From assembly GCA_020184695.1 (NCBI GenBank), contig JAANOX010000026.1, positions 124,001-188,000 on the forward strand: a stretch of 64,000 bases of DNA. Direction: 5' to 3'. The notes under the pieces were generated by a model. It was not told where the DNA came from, made no database searches, and saw only the letters and a program-made list of their open reading frames with translations. The DNA comes from Histomonas meleagridis 2922-C6/04-290x. Lineage: Eukaryota > Protista > Parabasalia. The position numbers and the translations under genes were made by a program. Positions 56,440-64,000 of the stretch are shown here, one piece after another (position 1 is the first letter of the stretch; each line of letters begins with the position of its first letter).

Positions 56440-59400
56440 TTATAAAGTATGTCTGCCGCTTTTGGGCAACATTGCGAAATGCATATTAAATCTATCTCTT
56501 GATCCGGACATAATTCTATAATTCACGTTATTACAAAACAGATTATTTTCGTTTATATCTTCTTCCTCTATTGAAATTTCCTTATTTTCTTCATCTTCTT
56601 CGTCGATTATCATAATTTCCTTATTTTCTTTATCCTCTTCTTCCGATTCTATTAAATTCATTACTTTTTCATTATTATTTTCTTCTTCGTTTTCATTTTC
56701 ATTATCATTTTTATTCACATCGATAATTTCATCTTTACATTTCTTACATATCAAAGGTCTCTTTAAAGAAACGCAATTTTTACACACGTATAAACCACAA
56801 ACGCAACATCCGAACATATTATTCTTCACAATATCACAACCACAAATATAACACTTATTAAAAACAGATTTGTCGATAAACTTTTGATGTATTGGATATA
56901 TCATAGCTAACTTCGCGTTACCACTTGATCCTATAGCTATCAATGCTTTATTATTCGCGAAAATAGTTAACGATGTAATTGGACTATCAATTCCATCGAT
57001 TATATTATTCATTTGTTTTAATGAATAATTTGTTATATCTAATTTCCATAATGTTACAGTACCATTTTCATGACCAGTAACATAAAAAGGAGTTTTATTC
57101 CATTTTATTGAGTCACAAGTATTTAATGAACAAATATTTGAAGTCGAACGTTCACTTGTAGCTATTAATCTTAAATCTAATCCATATATAAATATTTGAT
57201 TTAATGTACAAGTAATTAAGAAATTTGTCGAATCATCAAATGATGCAAATATTATTTGTTCATTTGTTTCTAATTGATACATAGGTAATTTTGTAGAATA
57301 ATCAAATAATATTATTAAATTCTTTGATATTATACATATTATTGCATGAAATGTTGAAATACATAAAAAATTTATATCGAAATAAAACGTATTAATATTT
57401 GTAATCAAACGAATTTCAGAATTAATACAAGAAAATAATGAAACTATTCCAAACTTAGAAGCTATAGCAAGTATAGTATTATCTTTAGATATACAAGAAC
57501 AAGTTATAGCATCTAATGAAGATATAATTTTATTATGATATTCAATATAATTATCCCAAATTTTAATATTATACCCATTAATATAATGTTCAAATTCAGG
57601 TAATACTATTGGTAAATATTTATCAAATATTATTGTTCTAGAATTAGATATAAAATGATTAATATTAATTTGTAATGTTTTTGTGTTTTCTAAATTTAAT
57701 TCATTTATTTCATTTAACTTAAATTTAGGATGTGGATTTATAAATAATTGAATCGGACATTGACCAAATTGATTTACTGCGTCAACTATAGCCTTATTTT
57801 CAATGATATTTTCTTTATCATTTGATGATATATCATAAGTTAAAGGTTGATATACATTAATTGCTTCAATTGCTGCTTGACCACGTTGTTTATAACCGAA
57901 TATTAAATCAATCCAATCATTAATATGTTGAGCAGTATCTAAAGATTCCATCGTTTCTCTCATTTTCCAGATAAATATTATCGGATCTTTACCCCATTCA
58001 GGTAATATAACTGTATTTAAGTTAATTCCATCTGTTCTTTCACCTAAATCTAAGTTATTAATATTCTCAAACATTTGTGGTAAGACATAAAATTCTGGAA
58101 TTAATTCTTTTACATCGGATTGATTTGATTCACTTGCGCTTTTCCATGTTTCACTAATACTTGAAAATTCACGATCTTTATGATCAAAACCATTATGTAA
58201 ATGTAAATTAAATAATGTGAATGGTTCAACACGTAATAAATAATGAAAAACACTTGCTGGACTTGAATAATGTGTACCATAATGATAATGTGGTAAAGTT
58301 TCTTTATAAGCAATGATAAATCGTTCTTCTCGAACTTTAGTTTGTGCTCCCATAGGTTTAGATAAGTCTCTTAATATTAAAGGTTTAGAACCTAAAAACC
58401 CTCCTAATATCCATGGCATTATTGGATATTGTGAATAATCATTAAATGATCGACCTCCTTTAATGTTTAAATACATTAAATAATCAAATGTAGTTATTTT
58501 ATAATTTATCCATAACTTTGTGATTAAATCAATTGATTCATTTAATATATTCATCTTTGATATTGAACTTTGTTGATAATAATTAATTAATGGTAATGAT
58601 TTACTTTTAGATAATAATATTTTTCGATCATTTTCTTTCATAACAAATGTATAATGTAATCCATTAATTAAAAAGATATCAATTTCTGTGTTTTCATATA
58701 CAAAACGTCGTGGTAATGCATAAAGAATATCAACAAATTTTATTATAATTATTGGATGATGTGCAAATAATTTCGGTTCTCCATAATGTCCATGTGGTAC
58801 ACCTTCAAATACTGCATAATGACAAAACATATCAGAAGTATCATTTAATATTAAATTATTTATATTATTTAATTCAGCATTTAATAATATATTAAATGAA
58901 TCTTTAGTAAATGTACCAATACATGATAATACTTCTGGTGTAGATATCATTCCACAATTAAATAATCCAGATTTAACACCAAAATAAGTTTTTAATGTTT
59001 GTAATAATGATACATTTAAAAATGTTGGAAGTTTTAACTTAGAATAACAAAATGGTGCAGGATGTGATTCATTTAATTTATTATATTTAGTTGGATAATT
59101 CATAGAATGATATGATTGTGGTATAACAAAATTTCGACCTTTCTTCTCTATTAAAATTGATTTCTCATAACATAATGGTATCATTTTTTGTGGTACACAT
59201 AAAGGATTAGGTGAAGGTATAATCATATGATCAACTTCATTAATATTAACATTATTTAAACTTAATAAATATTGTTTATAATATAATGAAGCTACAACAT
59301 TTTCAATTTCTAAATTAGTAATATTAAATCGATATGAAAATTGATATAAAATTGCTTTCTTAATAATAAATATATCAATTTGTCGTTTGATTTTATATTC

Positions 59401-62400
59401 TTTAATATCATTAATTGTATAAAGTTGTGCTAAATCATTTCGAATTTCTTTTAAGTTTTTACTATTTTTCATTGCTTTTTGTTGATGTTTTTGTATGTAA
59501 TTATTATAATAATTAATAATTTCTTGAGTAGAAAATGAATTCTCTAATTTAGAATATGAACTTGAAATTTGATTTTGTAATTTTTCGATTTTTGGATTTT
59601 CAATAATTTCTTTTTTGGATAAAAAATGATAAAACACATGTGAAAATGTTTTATCATTTAATAAATTATTAAAATATTTTAATAATAAACATTTTTTAAT
59701 TATTTTAATTTGTATATTAATATTATTACAATGAATTAAACAAATTAATATGAAATCAGTAATTGATTTTGTTTGTCGTTTAATGATAGCATCGAATATT
59801 AATAATATTTTATTATCCCACCAACCTTCAGATACTCGATAAAGTAAAAACTTAACTAATTTTTCATATGAGACATCATTTAATTGTGGCATATTCAGTT
59901 TATTAGTTAATATACTTAAAACAATTTTTTGATGCATCGAAATAGCTACAATTGGATTTACATCAGAACCATTAACTAAAAATCGTTCGAATATTATTCC
60001 ATAAGTAATATTACTTTCATTAGCTTTAATTATAAATATCTTCGCAATTAATGTAATAATAATATTAACAAGATTTGATTCTAAAATTTCATCAAAGTTT
60101 TCAGGGATTTCTGGTAATTTAGTATTAACTTTTTTAATTTCATCATATTTATAATAATTTATATATTGTTCAACATATGAATTAGTTTCTTCTATTAATG
60201 AATTATCTAAACAATTAATTTTCTCAATATTAAATTTGGTTTCTGTTTTAATAGGTACATTATAATTAAAAAATGATCTACTTCGAGATTTTGTTATATT
60301 TTCTTCATTTTTTGGTGACTCAAAAGGCATTGGTTTAATAGGTAATTGATCAAAACCTAATGAACATAAACGTTGAATACTTTTAATATATTCCAAAACA
60401 GAAATATTTGAATTTTCCATTAAACGTAATATTACTACTAATAAACTTGATGATATTAATTCATGAATAGAATGTGAAATTTCATGACGTATGAAATAAG
60501 GTAATAAATCTAAAATTAAATTTGTTAAAATTGGTCTTTGAATATCTAAATCAGCAAAATCTTCAAGTGTATCAGCTGATTTACATGTATATAATATTAA
60601 TAAAGATTTCCAAAACTTTATATATTTAGAATAACTTATGAATAATTCAGTATATTTTTTAATTGATTCATAATCAAAATATTGTGAATCAATATTACAA
60701 AATTTACATGATAACTCAAATATATTTAAACCTAAATCATTCCGTAATAAAGAAATATAAAAAAGTGTATCTTCAAGTGTATTATATTGATGAAATATAT
60801 CAAAATTATCTATGATTACATCAACTAAAAACTTTTGTTTTGTATAAATCGTTTCATCTTTTAATGAAGAAATTGTTTCTGATTCAATAAATGGTAAACT
60901 TGATGAAGCTAATAATAAATTTTTCATATATAATGGATTTTTTAATACAAAATTTAAGATAAATGTCGAAATATTATGTTCAAAACTATTTGGTAAATTA
61001 AATATTATATAAGAATCAAGTAAATAATGAAATAATTTATCCCATTTTTTATCCGATTCAAATAAATTATATAAAAAATCAAAATTATAATTAGAAATTA
61101 TAGTATAATCACATATTAAATCATTAAAATAATCCCATTTCTTAATAGGAAATGTTTGAATTTCATGTGTAATAATTCTTTCGATTTCTTCTGTATAAAA
61201 TTTCTTCTTTTCTAATAATATATATTTTAATGCCGGGAAAAAATAATTTTCATCAATTGCTTTTAAGTTTAATAAGTTAAAAGCCGACTGAATTAATAAT
61301 GAAAATGATTTACTATCATTAACATTTAATAATTCTAAAAAGATATAATCTTTACCACCGAAATGTTCCAAATATTTTAATATACCATTATAAGGTACAA
61401 ATAAAAATCCTTTTTTCATACGAATTTTAGTTGGATAAAATACACTTGGACCATTTTGATAAATTCTTTTAATATCATTCATTTGTAAAAAGTTTTTTGT
61501 AGTTTGAAATGAACCAGATAAATAATAAAAAGCATTTGTACTAATATCACTACCTAATATTACTCTCGAAAATGATTTACATCTATTTTCATAAACTTTT
61601 TCATCATCGAAATATACTTGTATTGATTGTTGTTGGAAAGTTTTATTATAAATAATTATCGTTATCATATGCCATTGTTTTAAATTATATTGAACTTCTG
61701 TACCAAATATATTAAAAGTTTTAGAATCAACAGATATTTCTCCAATTGTTGAACTTAATATTATAGTTTTCGATATAATTTTCATCATACAAATCCAAAA
61801 TGTTGTACTTGTGCCTAATTTAAATGTAGCACTACATTGTTTAGAATTCATATGACATTGAAACACTGGAAAATGTGGATAATCAATATTAGTTAATTGA
61901 TGAATTATTTCAGGATTATGTAATAATTCATTTGATTTATTATGATCAATATATGTCGGAGAATATTTTAAGATTTGTTCATATGTAGGTGTAAGATATT
62001 TAGTAGCAAATGCTCCAAAGATATAACGATCGAATTGTGTTTCGAAATTTACATCTTTAATATATGCACATAATGATGGAATTCGAAGTAATCCATATGT
62101 TTTAGAGTTTTGTGGTACACCTGTTGATAATTTCTTTAATTGTTCTTCATTTAATTTAGATAAAATCGAATTTTCATAGTTTTGTGATATAAATTCATCA
62201 ATAGTTTCAAATGGTCCATCACTAACTATTGATGCTAAGAAATCTAAACTCGCATTAGTTTTTAATGAATAAAATAAAAAACGAATTCCATAATTATCAA
62301 TGAATAATGATACAAATAAATACGAATTATTCGCTAAGTTTGTAAAGATTTCAAATACTTCATCATTAACTAATTTCTCTTTAAATGATTTTAATAATTC

Positions 62401-63660
62401 TTCAAAATATGATGAAATATCACAAAATTGTGCAATCTTCTCGATACATTTTGTTCCTACTTTATGTCCTTCATATGATAAAACCATAAAAGGTTTAAAG
62501 ATTCCAATAGATAACTTATTTGAATTATCAAGTTTATCAACAAGAAATTCAGTAAGTTTTAATATGTTTTCATCTTTAAGAAAATTCTCATGAAATAATT
62601 TGAAATTTGTCTTCAAGATTAAATATGAAATCATTTCTCCAATATGTGAATCCCATTCATTTTCGAATACAAATGTTAAGATTAATGATGAATAAATTCC
62701 CGCACGTTTAATAAACGGTTTGAAAGAAAAATATTTGACATGCGGGGTGCCCCGAAGCTTTGACACTATATCAAGTGCAGAAATTAATAAATTCGAATTT
62801 AATTTGGTTAAACTACAAATTTCATTAAAAGAATTCCATATAGCTTTAGGATCTGATGTTTGTGAGTTTAAAAACATATAAAAACAATTAAAATCGGGTA
62901 CTGCTGTAAAAAATAATTTCGAAACTTTAAGAAATTCATTTAAAAAATTTCCTGTATTCATCTTATATATGACAGAACCAACAAATTCTATCGAATTACC
63001 GGTGGTGGCTGAACATATTTGAAGGTTTTTAAAGGATTGTTTAACTGCTGGATAAAATGATGGAATCTTATCTGCACTTTTGAAATTATAATTACTTGCG
63101 GCTTGAATAAAGATTGGCCCGTAAATCTGACAAGTGTTTGGATTCTTGACAAAACAAGTTTCCCAAAGATTTACTATTGAATCATTTGAAAAGAATAAAG
63201 ATGGCATGTTTGGAAATAAAAGACAAGAACGAGTAAAATAAGTACTTTTGTTTAGTAGGTTTACATCGTCATTTTTCATTATTTCAAAAATGAAATTGAA
63301 TAAAATTTTGCAATTTTTTTGATCAGGAACAAATAAAATCAAAGCCTTATTAAGAAACAAAAATCCTTCGTCTATTATTTTTTGATCTTTTAGTTGATTT
63401 TGAAAAAATGGAATAAAAATCGTAATTAAGAATGTAACTTCGGATTTAATCTGTAATTTTTGAAGTTCCTCTTTATTTAAATCTTTAAAATGTTGGAGGA
63501 AATAATTAATTGCTTCACCTGGATAAGTATCATCTGACAAATCACGTACTAACTCATGAAATTGCTTTGCCTCTGGATCCCAATCTTTCTTAGTCAAAAG
63601 ACGAAAAGCCGATGATCCAGAAACATTTACACTTCGTATGACTTTTCCAATCCAACTCAT
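56440..63660 (-). CDS. BEACH-domain protein (PH-BEACH-WD40) with C-terminal Cys-rich finger, 2406 aa
   Basis: GRSFNDYSQYPIMPW, HYGTHYSS, DVKELIPEFY, WIDLIFGYKQRG and FGQCPIQLF BEACH motifs; terminal CxxC x4. Confidence 0.93.
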   Translation of the reverse strand: MSWIGKVIRSVNVSGSSAFRLLTKKDWDPEAKQFHELVRDLSDDTYPGEAINYFLQHFKDLNKEELQKLQIKSEVTFLITIFIPFFQNQLKDQKIIDEGFLFLNKALILFVPDQKNCKILFNFIFEIMKNDDVNLLNKSTYFTRSCLLFPNMPSLFFSNDSIVNLWETCFVKNPNTCQIYGPIFIQAASNYNFKSADKIPSFYPAVKQSFKNLQICSATTGNSIEFVGSVIYKMNTGNFLNEFLKVSKLFFTAVPDFNCFYMFLNSQTSDPKAIWNSFNEICSLTKLNSNLLISALDIVSKLRGTPHVKYFSFKPFIKRAGIYSSLILTFVFENEWDSHIGEMISYLILKTNFKLFHENFLKDENILKLTEFLVDKLDNSNKLSIGIFKPFMVLSYEGHKVGTKCIEKIAQFCDISSYFEELLKSFKEKLVNDEVFEIFTNLANNSYLFVSLFIDNYGIRFLFYSLKTNASLDFLASIVSDGPFETIDEFISQNYENSILSKLNEEQLKKLSTGVPQNSKTYGLLRIPSLCAYIKDVNFETQFDRYIFGAFATKYLTPTYEQILKYSPTYIDHNKSNELLHNPEIIHQLTNIDYPHFPVFQCHMNSKQCSATFKLGTSTTFWICMMKIISKTIILSSTIGEISVDSKTFNIFGTEVQYNLKQWHMITIIIYNKTFQQQSIQVYFDDEKVYENRCKSFSRVILGSDISTNAFYYLSGSFQTTKNFLQMNDIKRIYQNGPSVFYPTKIRMKKGFLFVPYNGILKYLEHFGGKDYIFLELLNVNDSKSFSLLIQSAFNLLNLKAIDENYFFPALKYILLEKKKFYTEEIERIITHEIQTFPIKKWDYFNDLICDYTIISNYNFDFLYNLFESDKKWDKLFHYLLDSYIIFNLPNSFEHNISTFILNFVLKNPLYMKNLLLASSSLPFIESETISSLKDETIYTKQKFLVDVIIDNFDIFHQYNTLEDTLFYISLLRNDLGLNIFELSCKFCNIDSQYFDYESIKKYTELFISYSKYIKFWKSLLILYTCKSADTLEDFADLDIQRPILTNLILDLLPYFIRHEISHSIHELISSSLLVVILRLMENSNISVLEYIKSIQRLCSLGFDQLPIKPMPFESPKNEENITKSRSRSFFNYNVPIKTETKFNIEKINCLDNSLIEETNSYVEQYINYYKYDEIKKVNTKLPEIPENFDEILESNLVNIIITLIAKIFIIKANESNITYGIIFERFLVNGSDVNPIVAISMHQKIVLSILTNKLNMPQLNDVSYEKLVKFLLYRVSEGWWDNKILLIFDAIIKRQTKSITDFILICLIHCNNINIQIKIIKKCLLLKYFNNLLNDKTFSHVFYHFLSKKEIIENPKIEKLQNQISSSYSKLENSFSTQEIINYYNNYIQKHQQKAMKNSKNLKEIRNDLAQLYTINDIKEYKIKRQIDIFIIKKAILYQFSYRFNITNLEIENVVASLYYKQYLLSLNNVNINEVDHMIIPSPNPLCVPQKMIPLCYEKSILIEKKGRNFVIPQSYHSMNYPTKYNKLNESHPAPFCYSKLKLPTFLNVSLLQTLKTYFGVKSGLFNCGMISTPEVLSCIGTFTKDSFNILLNAELNNINNLILNDTSDMFCHYAVFEGVPHGHYGEPKLFAHHPIIIIKFVDILYALPRRFVYENTEIDIFLINGLHYTFVMKENDRKILLSKSKSLPLINYYQQSSISKMNILNESIDLITKLWINYKITTFDYLMYLNIKGGRSFNDYSQYPIMPWILGGFLGSKPLILRDLSKPMGAQTKVREERFIIAYKETLPHYHYGTHYSSPASVFHYLLRVEPFTLFNLHLHNGFDHKDREFSSISETWKSASESNQSDVKELIPEFYVLPQMFENINNLDLGERTDGINLNTVILPEWGKDPIIFIWKMRETMESLDTAQHINDWIDLIFGYKQRGQAAIEAINVYQPLTYDISSNDKENIIENKAIVDAVNQFGQCPIQLFINPHPKFKLNEINELNLENTKTLQININHFISNSRTIIFDKYLPIVLPEFEHYINGYNIKIWDNYIEYHNKIISSLDAITCSCISKDNTILAIASKFGIVSLFSCINSEIRLITNINTFYFDINFLCISTFHAIICIISKNLIILFDYSTKLPMYQLETNEQIIFASFDDSTNFLITCTLNQIFIYGLDLRLIATSERSTSNICSLNTCDSIKWNKTPFYVTGHENGTVTLWKLDITNYSLKQMNNIIDGIDSPITSLTIFANNKALIAIGSSGNAKLAMIYPIHQKFIDKSVFNKCYICGCDIVKNNMFGCCVCGLYVCKNCVSLKRPLICKKCKDEIIDVNKNDNENENEEENNNEKVMNLIESEEEDKENKEIMIIDEEDEENKEISIEEEDINENNLFCNNVNYRIMSGSRDRFNMHFAMLPKSGRHTL

Positions 63661-64000
63661 CTTCTTGCTAAACGAGGCCTATCAGAAATTTTTGAAAGTT
63701 CTTAAAAGTGCTATAGAAATCGGCGCGATTAAAAGAGCATCAGCCATTTGATAATTGAATTATCGATCGTGATTTGAAAGACATTCGAATAAACAATTCA
63801 ATATTCTGTCAACTTTGTGGCACCCCAAAACATTTTTTTTCTCATTTATAAATTTTGTTGTTGTTGCACAAAACTCTCAAACTTTGCATTGCTTAAAAAG
63901 CATCAAACTCAATCTTTGTGATTCGGTTAAAAAATAATTTTTTTTATTTATAGAAGCGCGAGATTTTTATTAATTAATTTAAAGTATTATGTAGTTTTTC

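Noticed and set aside
4662-62593. Many short ORFs overlapping long genes (e.g. 12288, 15993, 21212, 28180, 53582, 62300)
   Set aside because: They are antisense or alternate-frame shadows of well-supported CDSs, with no motifs.

Overview
Very AT-rich, gene-dense eukaryotic nuclear DNA in the standard genetic code. It is most likely a parabasalid (trichomonad-type), inferred from HydF, a BspA-like LRR protein, DUF3447-type ankyrin genes and an IS481EU-like transposon. Housekeeping genes include SCAMP, a TRIC-like channel, a PIG-O-like transferase, DH-PH-FYVE, importin beta and alpha-like proteins, HydF, three Rabs, Vps26, an INTS9/CPSF-like protein, Myb, Gar1, a CMGC kinase, a BEACH protein and tRNA-Arg(CCT). 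Two adjacent DNA transposons are complete with TIRs and TSDs: a Merlin-type element (8-bp TSD) and an IS481EU-like element (15-bp TSD); both carry long internal hairpins. The main signal is in five co-oriented DUF3447/ankyrin genes. In each, the C-terminal ankyrin repeats are interrupted at the same codon position by an AT-rich insert with no GT-AG, AT-AC or trichomonad branch-point consensus. By hand count, 25 of 32 inserts are exactly 14+20n nt long (54, 74, 334, 514, 534), built from degenerate 20-nt units. The ankyrin-coding segments between inserts remain largely intact, so this is a candidate non-canonical intron, bypass or excision system. All counts are manual and the mechanism is unproven.
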